A DNA stretch of 64,000 nucleotides, taken from Bacillota bacterium. GTDB lineage: Bacteria; Bacillota; Clostridia; DUPQ01. Positions 15,955 to 25,142 of the stretch are shown here, piece after piece. The position numbers and the translations under genes were made by a program. The notes below the pieces were generated by a model. That model was given only the letters and a program-made list of their open reading frames with translations. It did no database searches and was not told the origin of the DNA. Each line of letters starts with the position of its first letter. Positions within the stretch are counted from its first letter, which is position 1. Location of the stretch: the NCBI GenBank assembly GCA_036743175.1, contig DAINQB010000001.1:3523-67522 (forward strand). Reading direction: 5' to 3'.

Positions 15955-18559
15955 TTATTGTTTCAGCGGCTTTTCTGCCTTCACCGGCTGCCTGTACCAC
16001 TGTTGTACCACCATTGACTATATCGCCTCCGGCATAGACACCCGGTCTGGTTGTCCTGAATCCGGAATCCACTACTATTCTGCCTTTTTTGAATTCAACT
16101 CCTGCAAGGCTTGCAGCCAGATCGTCATCAACTTTCTGACCCGTTGCCTCAACACAGAAATCAACCGGCAGGGTATACTCGGAATTATCAAGAACAATTG
16201 GCCGTGCCCTTCCTGAATCATCCGGTTCTCCCAGCATTGTGTGGGATATCCTGAGTCCGCTCAGCTTTTCAGTTCCTTCATACCCGACCGGCTGGCTCAG
16301 AATCATGAAATGAACCCCAAGGTCAAGGGCATGTCTTACTTCCTCATTCCATGCCGGGAGTTCCTTGAAAGAGCGTCTGTAAATCAAATATACGTTTCTA
16401 AGCCCTCTCTCCCTGAGTGAAGATACAGCATCCATCGCAGTGTTACCACCTCCGATGACTGCAGCTGTCATTCCTTCATTCAGTTCAATCCCATCCGTCT
16501 TATTAAGATAAAGGAAAGTCATGGCATCCATGACACCTTCCGGTCTGTTACCCATGTCTATTCCGGTGGATTTGCACATTCCCGCTCCTACGAAGACTGC
16601 ATCGAATCCTTCAGCCTGCAATGAATCGAGATTGTACTGCGGACTAAGTGCAGTGTTGTATCGTATCTCAAAGAGACCTGTATCAGAAAGACCCAGGCTC
16701 TCCACTTCTTTCCTGAAAACATCCTTCGGGAGCCTTCCAAATGGTATGACTGCCTCGGCTGTTCCTCCGGGGTAATCCGCTGCTTCAAGGACAGTAACGG
16801 CAATGCCGGCTTCTATCAAGGTAACTGCGCATGCTATTCCCGCACCACCGAAACCAATGACAGCTGCTTTCCTTCCGGTGGGTTTACCTGCCTTTATCCT
16901 TGTCCAGCCGTTTTCCCTGGCCTTTTGGGCAATGAATTTCTGTATTTCACTGATTGGAACGGAATTCTTACCAAGTATTCCAGCTGAGCAGGTACTTTCG
17001 CATAAGACTTCAGATGGACATGTATATGAGCATGTTTCAGGAATCTTATTGGATTCTGCCATGATCTCATAGGCCCGTTCAATGTTGTCATTGTAGAATT
17101 CCCTTATGAATCCTGCTACGTCAATTTCAGCAGGGCAGTTCTTGCTGCAGGAACCTCCCCAGCAATTCTTGCAGGTATCTGCCATTTCATGGATATACTC
17201 CCTGCTGGTCAGTCTTCCTTGATAATATATTCCTGCATAAGTATCGGAATCCCTTATCACACAGCCGGAAACCACCCCATCCCTCATCATCTGGGTACAT
17301 GATGAGCATGTGATACAAACCTTGCCTGCTGTAAGTCTGCCGTTTGTGAAGAAATCATTTGGAAAATCAGGATATGCAAGTCCCATTCTTCCCAGTCCTA
17401 TTATTGAACCTTTTCCATTTGAAAGTACATAATCACCAAGGTTCATTGTCACTTGTCTCAGCCAGCTTGTTCCTGAAGTTACAAATGTCATATCCGGAAA
17501 TGATTCTGCTATCTCTGAAGTCAGGCTTATGTTTCTTTCAAGTGTTTTAAGTGGATGTTCTTCCGGCAGATCAAATCCCTGTATCGGAAAATCATAGGGT
17601 CTTTCATAATTGGGATTATAGTAGGGATTTCCGATGGCAATGTTCAGGAGCCTGACTCCCATATCCCGTAGTTCGCCGATAAGCCTTCTGGGTTCCGTCA
17701 AATCAGGTGTCAGGCTGCCGTCGGTACTCATTCCCCAGGCATATGGATATTGATAGCCATCTGCAACGCTGAGTCTTGAAGTAACAGTGATACCCGGAAC
17801 TTCTTTCATGATCCGGCCGATGGTTGTCTTTAGGAATCTGGTCCGGTTTTCATAATTTCCGCCATACCTGCTGTTTTCTCTTGTAAATCCAGAAAGAATT
17901 TCATGCAGTAGATATCCATGGCATGCCTTTACATCAACCGCATCAAAGCCGCACTCCTTTGCGAGTTTGGCTGCTTCCACATATTTATCCTGAAGACCAT
18001 CCAGATATTCATCGGAAACAAGCGGATAATCATCTGTGAGTTTGTGTTTATAAGCAAGTACCTTTGAATGATGTGCAATCATGGGCTCGGCCTTGCCGGT
18101 TGGTTTGCTTTCGCGTCCGGAATGCGTCAGTTGAAGAACCAGGAAGGGGTTTTGTTTCTCCCCCTTTTCATTGAATGAGTTGTCACGGATATCCTTGACA
18201 AATTTCTTGAACTTATCAATGTTTCCCCTGTGAATCCAGAGCTGTCCCGGATTGGCGCGTCCTTCGGGCACAACAGCAGTGGCTTCCAGCCAGATGATGC
18301 CTGCTCCTCCGGCTGCAAATCTCTTGTATTTCCTGTATGTAAGCTCTGAAGGATTTCCCTGGTTGTCACAATCACAGCCTTCCATGGGTTGTATACAGAA
18401 TCTGTTCGGTATCACTCTGCCGTTTATTTCAAGAGGTTTCCTGAAATTTTCAACATCGATTTCCTCATTGAAAGGAATTGAAACCCCTTCTTTTTCCATG
18501 GCTTTCCTGAACTCATCAGTGTTCCTGATAACCATTCTCGACTTGTATTTCTTAATCAT
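15929..18559 (-). CDS. fused oxidoreductase: an OYE-like NADH:flavin TIM-barrel, a Cys cluster, and a GltD/PreT-like FAD/NAD(P) domain (enoate-reductase-like)
   Basis: The N-terminal 400 aa look like old-yellow-enzyme / 2,4-dienoyl-CoA-reductase (OYE). The middle has CxxC...CPSEVLCESTC Cys clusters. The C-terminal 450 aa show two GxGxxG Rossmann motifs typical of the glutamate-synthase small subunit. Confidence 0.65.
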   Translation of the reverse strand: MIKKYKSRMVIRNTDEFRKAMEKEGVSIPFNEEIDVENFRKPLEINGRVIPNRFCIQPMEGCDCDNQGNPSELTYRKYKRFAAGGAGIIWLEATAVVPEGRANPGQLWIHRGNIDKFKKFVKDIRDNSFNEKGEKQNPFLVLQLTHSGRESKPTGKAEPMIAHHSKVLAYKHKLTDDYPLVSDEYLDGLQDKYVEAAKLAKECGFDAVDVKACHGYLLHEILSGFTRENSRYGGNYENRTRFLKTTIGRIMKEVPGITVTSRLSVADGYQYPYAWGMSTDGSLTPDLTEPRRLIGELRDMGVRLLNIAIGNPYYNPNYERPYDFPIQGFDLPEEHPLKTLERNISLTSEIAESFPDMTFVTSGTSWLRQVTMNLGDYVLSNGKGSIIGLGRMGLAYPDFPNDFFTNGRLTAGKVCITCSSCTQMMRDGVVSGCVIRDSDTYAGIYYQGRLTSREYIHEMADTCKNCWGGSCSKNCPAEIDVAGFIREFYNDNIERAYEIMAESNKIPETCSYTCPSEVLCESTCSAGILGKNSVPISEIQKFIAQKARENGWTRIKAGKPTGRKAAVIGFGGAGIACAVTLIEAGIAVTVLEAADYPGGTAEAVIPFGRLPKDVFRKEVESLGLSDTGLFEIRYNTALSPQYNLDSLQAEGFDAVFVGAGMCKSTGIDMGNRPEGVMDAMTFLYLNKTDGIELNEGMTAAVIGGGNTAMDAVSSLRERGLRNVYLIYRRSFKELPAWNEEVRHALDLGVHFMILSQPVGYEGTEKLSGLRISHTMLGEPDDSGRARPIVLDNSEYTLPVDFCVEATGQKVDDDLAASLAGVEFKKGRIVVDSGFRTTRPGVYAGGDIVNGGTTVVQAAGEGRKAAETIIDDLFGGK

Positions 18560-18608
18560 GCCCGGTACTCCTGTCCATAGCTTTCACTGATTTTTGTTTC
18601 AACTATAT

Positions 18609-18637
18609 ATACTAGAATAACATACCGTTTATATCAA
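18609..18637 (-). promoter_or_regulatory. putative sigma-A promoter (TTGATA, 17 nt, TAGTAT) for the oxidoreductase operon
   Basis: On the minus strand, -35 is at 18637..18632, the spacer is 17 nt, and -10 is at 18614..18609. This is about 50 nt upstream of the ATG at 18559, which has a GGACAGGAG SD. Confidence 0.35.
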
Positions 18638-18699
18638 CCCCAAATTACACTTTGCCCCCACAAATTTCAACCGTAAATCCTCCCTCCAAATAATCACAT

Positions 18700-18801
18700 C
18701 TGGTGTAATTATCGTTATGTCATAATTCTAACCGAACGATTTTTACAACAGACGTAAATATTTACGTCTGTCGTGATTATCGTTATGTTATATGTCTAAC
18801 C
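18700..18801. repeat. Copy B of the conserved palindromic element: one extra half-unit (18700-18731) plus the full 66-nt unit (18736-18801) containing a 48-bp near-perfect palindrome
   Basis: ACGATTTTTACAACAGACGTAAATATTTACGTCTGTCGTGATTATCGT at 18736-18783 is a near-perfect palindrome, and its inner 24 bp are perfect. The flanking motif CTGGTGTAATTATCGTTATGTCATAATTCTAA matches locus A at 29 of 32 positions. Confidence 0.6.
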
Positions 18802-18833
18802 AATATGCATCATGCGCTGAATGTTACTAAGAA

Positions 18834-18860
18834 TAAAAAAACACCGGGCGGAGCCGGTGT
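18834..18860 (-). terminator. intrinsic terminator of the lipoprotein gene
   Basis: Stem ACACCGG/CCGGTGT with loop GCGGAG, followed on the minus strand by a T7 run (plus A-run at 18835-18841). Confidence 0.5.
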
Positions 18861-18881
18861 TTGATGGATGTGTGCAATGGG

Positions 18882-21446
18882 TCAGTTTATTCGGATGCCG
18901 AATATTTTCTTTGCGTATGAGCCCACAACTGCGATGTCATTGAATACGGCAGGTGTTGACTCAATATTGGCTCCCAGGCTGACTTCGGTTATTATATTGC
19001 CGCTCATGGGATCAATGAGTCTCATATTACCGCTGAAATTGCAGTGCAGGATATAGGTTTTTCCCGTTTTACCATCCCTGATTGCAGTTGGACTTGACCA
19101 GCTGTAGTTGGGAAGTTCCAAAGCCCAGATTTCATGGCCGGTATCCTTGTCAAGGGCGGCAACCCTTCCGCCCATCTTTGTACCTGTTTTCGCTACATTG
19201 ATGATTACCCTGTCCTCTATATCATTTGAACCAACTACCGGAGTAGCAAGAAAGCCTCCGTTTATATATGAGTCATACCAGCAGTCGTATGAAGTCTCCC
19301 AGATCAATTCTCCTGTCAGTGCGTTGAATTTCCTGACATATGCCTTCATTATGATATCCTTGTTCTGATTTTCATCACCTGCCTGTTCCATGGCAAGCTT
19401 GGCTGCATTTCCCCTCAGGTCAAATTCACTGGATACATAGATATATACATTGTTTCCATCTTCCTCAAGCACTATTGAAGCATCTGTATCATCACCAAGG
19501 TCTGCAAGCCATACCGGTCTCAGGGTATTCAAGTCAAGACATTGGAGCAATCCTCCGTTGTCAGCGAAAAAGATATAGTTCTTGTATATTGCCGGGGAAT
19601 TCTCTATTCCCAGCCGCCCGGTGAGTGGATTCAGATACCTGTACTTTATTGTTTCCGGATTCACTGAAATTGTCATGTCCGCCGGATTATATTCAGTATT
19701 CAGCTTCATAATATATATAAGGCCGTTTTCAGCACACTCTATGTAAATATCTTCTTCGGCCAGCAATAAACCGGAGGAATCAAAAGCGTACCAGTTCCTG
19801 TATGCGGACTGATCATACCCTGGAATCTCATATATGAGACTCTGGTCAATGAGACTGAACATTCGGTACTTCGGCATGCCATAGACATCCCCATTGTAAT
19901 CAACACCCTGCCCTGTATATAGAATCGGGTAACCCCTTGGGTCCACAGTTACACTTCCTTTTGTTGGGAAGCCGATTTCTATCGGAGGCCTTGTCCATTT
20001 TCCTGTTTCAAGTTCACAGAAGTAGATGAAACCATCCATGGCTGCATAAATGACTTCATGAAGAACACCACCTTTGAATTCCTCATAAACATTCATTATT
20101 TCAACGGTTTTTGAAGGCCACTCAATTATCGATGGCTGACCTGTCCACCCGGTTCCGGGCCAGTTGTCAATTACACCTACATCAAAGGACCAAATTATCC
20201 CAAGGTCACCGTCAATCGATCCGGCATCACCAAAAGCTCCGCCATTTCGGTAATTATTTCCCCTGAATGTCAGAACTCCATCTATCAGTTGATATTCATC
20301 CGGTGTTCCAAAGGAAATCAACTCATTGAAATTGTAGCCGTTCGGGTTGACAACATCATATTGGAATGAAAATGCATCAGGTCTTGCTGCTTCAATGGGA
20401 TTCATTACACTTTTGTAGTCCTCCCCTTCCATGTATCGGTAAATCATAAGGGATGTCTGTGCAAGCACTTCGAATGCCTCCAGGTTTTCATTTGTCTGCT
20501 CGGACATCAGTGACACTATATATGGTCTGCCGGTAAAGACAATCCCCACATCATTGTATGCATTCTCCTTGACATAATTACCAATCTTATGCGCAACAGG
20601 CACATCATCAGGAAGATACAGGTTGATCCTGTCATTGAATACCGTATTTTCAAGATGGTTGACCATGATTCCATATAGGTCGGGGTTCTCGGTATATCTG
20701 TCGTACAGTTCCATGGCAAAAATCGCCATGTCTGCAGGGCATGACCTATGCCGCAGACCATAATTGATTGTTGCACCAAGATCCATCATATAGTTCAATA
20801 TATTGTCCCTGCCGCACAGTCTTATAATCATGTTTATGGCACAATTATCACTATAGACAAGTGAATATTCAACCAGCTGTGCCACAGTGTACTTGTCGCC
20901 GTAGTTACCCTTGATTATCCTGCCGGTTCCATATTCCAGGTCCTCTTCAAGGTATTCCATAACTATATCGAAATCAAGCTCTCCCTCTGCTATCTTTTTG
21001 AAAAGATACAGATTTATCGGAAGCTTTGATGTACTCGCAGCAATGTACTGGTCATAGGCAGCGATGTCAAATGAATTGCCGGATTCAATATCAACGAATG
21101 TAAGACCATATCTTCCGTCAAACATACCGAAATATCTTTGGATATAACCCTTGAGTTCATTGAGGCCCGCCATGTTTTCAGCCGGGTTATCCTTTGGAAT
21201 TGGGGTTGGTGAAGGTGTAGCCGTGGGTGCAGCAGTCGGAATCACCGTTGGAGTCGGCAATGCTGTAGGCGTAGGTTCCACGGAAGCAACCGGGTCACCT
21301 GAAGGTGTTTCAGACGGAGTTCCTGTGCTGTTTGCCTCATCTATTATTCTGTCCAGACCGCTGAACAAAGAACAGCCTGTAAGGAAAATTGCCGATGCCA
21401 TAAGCATTGCCGTAAGTGTATTGATTATTTTTCTTTTGTGTTTCAT
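18882..21446 (-). CDS. lipoprotein: class-A beta-lactamase-like serine hydrolase domain fused to a C-terminal PQQ-like beta-propeller
   Basis: Lipobox LTGC, then a Pro/Thr/Ala linker. STSK (SxxK), SDN and KIG (K-T/S-G-like) motifs in class-A order. The C-terminal 400 aa carry repeated PQQ/BamB-like blades. Confidence 0.55.
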   Translation of the reverse strand: MKHKRKIINTLTAMLMASAIFLTGCSLFSGLDRIIDEANSTGTPSETPSGDPVASVEPTPTALPTPTVIPTAAPTATPSPTPIPKDNPAENMAGLNELKGYIQRYFGMFDGRYGLTFVDIESGNSFDIAAYDQYIAASTSKLPINLYLFKKIAEGELDFDIVMEYLEEDLEYGTGRIIKGNYGDKYTVAQLVEYSLVYSDNCAINMIIRLCGRDNILNYMMDLGATINYGLRHRSCPADMAIFAMELYDRYTENPDLYGIMVNHLENTVFNDRINLYLPDDVPVAHKIGNYVKENAYNDVGIVFTGRPYIVSLMSEQTNENLEAFEVLAQTSLMIYRYMEGEDYKSVMNPIEAARPDAFSFQYDVVNPNGYNFNELISFGTPDEYQLIDGVLTFRGNNYRNGGAFGDAGSIDGDLGIIWSFDVGVIDNWPGTGWTGQPSIIEWPSKTVEIMNVYEEFKGGVLHEVIYAAMDGFIYFCELETGKWTRPPIEIGFPTKGSVTVDPRGYPILYTGQGVDYNGDVYGMPKYRMFSLIDQSLIYEIPGYDQSAYRNWYAFDSSGLLLAEEDIYIECAENGLIYIMKLNTEYNPADMTISVNPETIKYRYLNPLTGRLGIENSPAIYKNYIFFADNGGLLQCLDLNTLRPVWLADLGDDTDASIVLEEDGNNVYIYVSSEFDLRGNAAKLAMEQAGDENQNKDIIMKAYVRKFNALTGELIWETSYDCWYDSYINGGFLATPVVGSNDIEDRVIINVAKTGTKMGGRVAALDKDTGHEIWALELPNYSWSSPTAIRDGKTGKTYILHCNFSGNMRLIDPMSGNIITEVSLGANIESTPAVFNDIAVVGSYAKKIFGIRIN

Positions 21447-21901
21447 TTTACAACCACCAATAATAAAACTGATATTGCAAGTCCCAGGAGGGCCCCTGCT
21501 ATGACTTCGACGGGTGTATGCCCGATAAGTTCCTTCAAATCTTCTTCAAGATGAAATTCACCCTTGCCTTTGTTATGGTGGAACATCCTGTTGAGAACCT
21601 TTGCCTGTTTGCCGGCAGCTCTTCTCACACCTGCTGCATCATACATTACTATAAGTGAAAAGGCCAATGTAACTCCAAACAATGCAGATTCAAAACCAAC
21701 ACCGATTCCCACAACAGTTGAGAGACTTACAACAAAGGCCGAATGGGAACTTGGCATTCCACCGGACCCAAGAAGCCGCCTGTAGTCAATCTTTCGTCTT
21801 ACTATCAAATCAATGATGAGCTTCAGTGCCTGGGCTGCAACCCAGGAAACAAAGGGTATCGTCAGATATTTATATGTAAAGAAAATTTCCCTGAAATCCA
21901 T
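21443..21901 (-). CDS. DUF212 divergent PAP2-family membrane protein (YuiD-like)
   Basis: GGMPSSHSA motif and three TM segments. The start is taken at the internal MDFREIFF to avoid overlap with ispA. Confidence 0.55.
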   Translation of the reverse strand: MDFREIFFTYKYLTIPFVSWVAAQALKLIIDLIVRRKIDYRRLLGSGGMPSSHSAFVVSLSTVVGIGVGFESALFGVTLAFSLIVMYDAAGVRRAAGKQAKVLNRMFHHNKGKGEFHLEEDLKELIGHTPVEVIAGALLGLAISVLLLVVVK

Positions 21902-21902
21902 T

Positions 21903-22793
21903 TCAGCCCTCTCTATTGATGATGAAATCCATGAGTTCTTCCAAAAACCAGGTATCCTCACTTATTTTACCGAGTTCTTCCAATGCACCAGCTGCAGTTT
22001 CATACATCAGCCTGGTGGCTTCATCAACGCCCAGCAGTGAAGCAATTGTTATTTTGCCGTTCTTCATGTCACTGCCTGTCGGCTTACCAATTATATCCTT
22101 ATTGCCGAAAACATCAAGCAGATCATCCTTGATCTGGAATGCAAACCCGGCCTTTTCAGCAAACGCCTCCATTGACCTTATGCTTGAATCACTGCCCCCG
22201 CCAAGTATTGAACCTGCCACAGCCGCAGCTTTTATCAGTGCTCCGGTTTTCATTGAATACATCCTTCGCAGTTCCTCAAGTGAACTTAATCCGGCCATGT
22301 CCAGGACCTGGCCCCCTATCATACCTTCTGCACCGGCAGCCTTCATGATTTCAAGAGCAGCCATTGTGCCACGGGCTTCAAAGTCTTCTATGCCGGAAAG
22401 CATACATTCCGCTGCAGTATTTAAAAGAGCATCACCGGCGAGTATAGCCATTGCCTCTCCGAACATCCGGTGACTCGATGGCTTTCCTCGTCTAAGATCA
22501 TCATCGTCCATTGCCGGCAGATCATCATGTATCAATGAATAAGTATGTATCATTTCAAGGGCTGCTGCAAAAGGAAGTGCTTTATCAAGGGAGTCATCCG
22601 AAAAAACCGAATAAACCCCCAACAGAAGTGAAGGTCTAAGATGCTTGCCTCCTGAAAGGCTGTAGTGCATTGCTTCCTTTATTTTCTTTTCAAATTTCCT
22701 TGCATCAAAATAGTCCACTGTAAATCCTGTGGATAGATTTGAGTAATATCCAAGCCTCTGTATGAAACGTTCACTGGCCACTTTCTGACACAT
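21903..22793 (-). CDS. ispA: polyprenyl synthetase (farnesyl-diphosphate synthase)
   Basis: GGKHLRP and both Asp-rich motifs, DDLPAMDDDDLRRG and FQIKDDLLD. Lies in the nusB-xseAB-ispA context. Confidence 0.75.
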   Translation of the reverse strand: MCQKVASERFIQRLGYYSNLSTGFTVDYFDARKFEKKIKEAMHYSLSGGKHLRPSLLLGVYSVFSDDSLDKALPFAAALEMIHTYSLIHDDLPAMDDDDLRRGKPSSHRMFGEAMAILAGDALLNTAAECMLSGIEDFEARGTMAALEIMKAAGAEGMIGGQVLDMAGLSSLEELRRMYSMKTGALIKAAAVAGSILGGGSDSSIRSMEAFAEKAGFAFQIKDDLLDVFGNKDIIGKPTGSDMKNGKITIASLLGVDEATRLMYETAAGALEELGKISEDTWFLEELMDFIINREG

Positions 22794-22974
22794 CCTCTCC
22801 TGCTGTTTCTATCTGTTTTCGGGCATTTGATATCCTGTCATTAAGTTCCTTTATGATTCCTATGCCTTCCTTGTACATTCCAAGAGCCTTGTCAAGTTCT
22901 GTTTCTCCACCTTCAAGCTTGTTTACTATGCCTTCCAGTTCCCTGATCAACTCCTCAAAGGATTTCTTTTGCAT
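22771..22974 (-). CDS. xseB: exodeoxyribonuclease VII small subunit
   Basis: 67-aa helical protein starting at the internal MQKKSFEELIRELE, immediately after xseA. Confidence 0.65.
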   Translation of the reverse strand: MQKKSFEELIRELEGIVNKLEGGETELDKALGMYKEGIGIIKELNDRISNARKQIETAGEDVSESGQ

Positions 22975-24175
22975 CTTTTGTCTCCTTACCCTTGACTTCA
23001 CAGTCAATCCTGCCATCTGACAGTACTGCTGATATTCTGTCACCTGTCCCGACAGCTTTCAAACTTGTAATTACATGTCCGCCATTGTCTTTCAAAACTG
23101 AATAGCCCCTTACCAGAGTAGCCACAGGGCTAAGAAGCTCAATCTTACCGGCCAGGGATTTTAGATCGGCTTCCTTTCGTTCCATCAGCATGGAAACTTC
23201 CGCCTCTAATTTCTCGGAAAGTCTTTCCACAACCATCTCAGTCATATTGAAGATTTCCCCCGGCCTTTTCATAACCGGCCTGTCAGCCAGTGACCTTACC
23301 CTGGTGCTGTATCTTTCCAGAAGTGCCCTCATATGATTCCTGAGCCTGATTCCGCTGTTATTTATTCCATCCATAAGCGCTGTCAGTTCGGGCACTACCA
23401 GTTCAGCTGCAGCCGATGGAGTCGGAGCCCTTCTGTCAGATACGAAATCTGCAATTGTATAGTCAGTCTCATGCCCAACCGCTGAAACAACGGGAATCCT
23501 TGATTCATAGATGGCTCTTGCCAGGTATTCCTCATTGAATGGCCAGAGATCCTCTATTGAGCCTCCGCCCCTTGCAATGATTATTACATCCGTGTCTCCC
23601 TTTCGGTTGAAATACCTGATTCCTGCTGCGATTTCCTTCTCCGCCCCACGGCCCTGTACATGTGCAGGATAAAGTTCCAGATTATAAATGGGATACCTTC
23701 GGTCGAGTACATTCAGAATATCCTTTATGACAGAACCGGTTTCTGATGTAACGACACCAATTTTACCCGGAATCATAGGAATAGGTTTCTTGACTGCTTC
23801 ATCGAACAATCCTTCTGCTGCCAGCTTCTTTTTTAGCTCCTCAAACTGCCTGTAAAGCGCACCTTCTCCACCGGGAATCATTGCCTGTACATAAAGCTGA
23901 TATCTGCCGGTCCGTTCGAATACCGATACATAACCGGACGCAACGATTTCCATTCCATCCTCAGGCCTGAAGTCAAGAAGTGATGCCTTAGCCTGGAACA
24001 TTACGCAGGACAAAGCCGATTCCGCATCTTTGAGAGTAAAATAGAGATGTCCTGACTGGTGATGCTTGAAATTTGATATTTCTCCCGTTACAAGAACATT
24101 GGAAAGATATTCATCATTTCCAAGCACCATCTTGATATATGCGTTGAGTCTGGATACGGTTACTGCCTTGTTCAT
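22955..24175 (-). CDS. xseA: exodeoxyribonuclease VII large subunit
   Basis: N-terminal OB-fold and the conserved catalytic core. Size and context are right. Confidence 0.85.
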   Translation of the reverse strand: MNKAVTVSRLNAYIKMVLGNDEYLSNVLVTGEISNFKHHQSGHLYFTLKDAESALSCVMFQAKASLLDFRPEDGMEIVASGYVSVFERTGRYQLYVQAMIPGGEGALYRQFEELKKKLAAEGLFDEAVKKPIPMIPGKIGVVTSETGSVIKDILNVLDRRYPIYNLELYPAHVQGRGAEKEIAAGIRYFNRKGDTDVIIIARGGGSIEDLWPFNEEYLARAIYESRIPVVSAVGHETDYTIADFVSDRRAPTPSAAAELVVPELTALMDGINNSGIRLRNHMRALLERYSTRVRSLADRPVMKRPGEIFNMTEMVVERLSEKLEAEVSMLMERKEADLKSLAGKIELLSPVATLVRGYSVLKDNGGHVITSLKAVGTGDRISAVLSDGRIDCEVKGKETKDAKEIL

Positions 24176-24185
24176 GTAACACCAG

Positions 24186-24578
24186 TCAATCTATATGCGC
24201 CAGAATGCCGTTTACAAACTTTCCCGATGAATCACTTCCATAAGCCTTGGCAAGCTCCACCGCTTCGTTGATGGCGGCACTCTTAGGAACATCATCCCTG
24301 TAACGGATTTCAAAATATCCAAGTCTGAGAATGGCAAGGTCAACCTTGGATATTCTGTCGAGTTTCCAGGAGGACGTCAGATGCTTTTCCAGTGCACCGT
24401 CAATCTCAGCAAGAATCATGTTGACCCCGGTGACAACATCCGTGATATAGTCCACCGATTCAACACTCATCGGGTTCTCGTTGAAAAATAAATCAAGCTG
24501 ATCCCGGAAGTCGTCCTTGTTGATTTCAGTCTGATAAATCAACTGGAACGCCTTTTCCCTGTCTTTTTTCCTACCCAT
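24186..24578 (-). CDS. nusB: transcription antitermination factor NusB
   Basis: 130-aa all-helical protein with a NusB-like pattern. It follows asp23-amaP as in other Firmicutes. Confidence 0.85.
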   Translation of the reverse strand: MGRKKDREKAFQLIYQTEINKDDFRDQLDLFFNENPMSVESVDYITDVVTGVNMILAEIDGALEKHLTSSWKLDRISKVDLAILRLGYFEIRYRDDVPKSAAINEAVELAKAYGSDSSGKFVNGILAHID

Positions 24579-24584
24579 TTGTCC

Positions 24585-25124
24585 TCACTGTTTCTTGTCG
24601 GCTTCAACTATTCCGTCAACGACTATCCGTATGTTTTCAATGTCCGTGCCTGTTGTTTCCATGATCTTGCTTCTGATACTTTCCTGCAGGGTTGCAGAAA
24701 TGGCCGGTATTGATACCACAGGGGGTACCTTGACCCTGATTTCTATTGATGGCTTGTTGTCCATATCAAGAACATCAGTCCTTATATCATAGACATTGTC
24801 GGCATTTTTTGCAACCAGCCTTGCAAGACTTTCAAGGGTCTGTGAGGAAATACTGACAGTTCCCCCTGCATTTGAAATTTTTATTGCGGGTTTTGAATTA
24901 TCCTTCTTTGAAAATGTGAAAAGAATTGAAACAACTATTCCCAGAAAGACAACTGATATCAATATGACAGCAAGCCTGATCCCCGAAAAGAAACCGGCGT
25001 TCCTTATAGCTACTCCTATATTATAAAGGAAATCGTTGTCAAGGGCACTGTAGATACCCGCAGCTGAGACCAGACCTGCAAGGACAACACTGATAAAAAT
25101 CAAAACTTTTCTTAATTTAACCAT
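24585..25124 (-). CDS. amaP: alkaline-shock response membrane anchor protein AmaP
   Basis: Two N-terminal TM helices plus a C-terminal domain, located directly downstream of asp23. Confidence 0.55.
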   Translation of the reverse strand: MVKLRKVLIFISVVLAGLVSAAGIYSALDNDFLYNIGVAIRNAGFFSGIRLAVILISVVFLGIVVSILFTFSKKDNSKPAIKISNAGGTVSISSQTLESLARLVAKNADNVYDIRTDVLDMDNKPSIEIRVKVPPVVSIPAISATLQESIRSKIMETTGTDIENIRIVVDGIVEADKKQ

Positions 25125-25142
25125 CTCGCACCACCTAATTCT

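Noticed and set aside
15545-17091. Numerous 60-110-aa ORFs antisense to the large oxidoreductase and SDR genes
   Set aside because: They lie entirely within strongly supported coding regions on the opposite strand and have no RBS. They are typical antisense frames.
13147-18559. Calling the redox genes a bile-acid (bai) or steroid cluster outright
   Set aside because: The OYE fusion is 876 aa with a GltD-like module, unlike BaiCD/BaiH of about 640 aa. No CoA-transferase or ligase, or 7-alpha-dehydratase, is adjacent. I kept it as a generic ene-reductase/flavoprotein cluster.
21916-22473. 185-aa plus-strand ORF opposite ispA
   Set aside because: Ser/Ala/Pro-rich low-complexity antisense translation of ispA. 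The ispA motifs are unambiguous.
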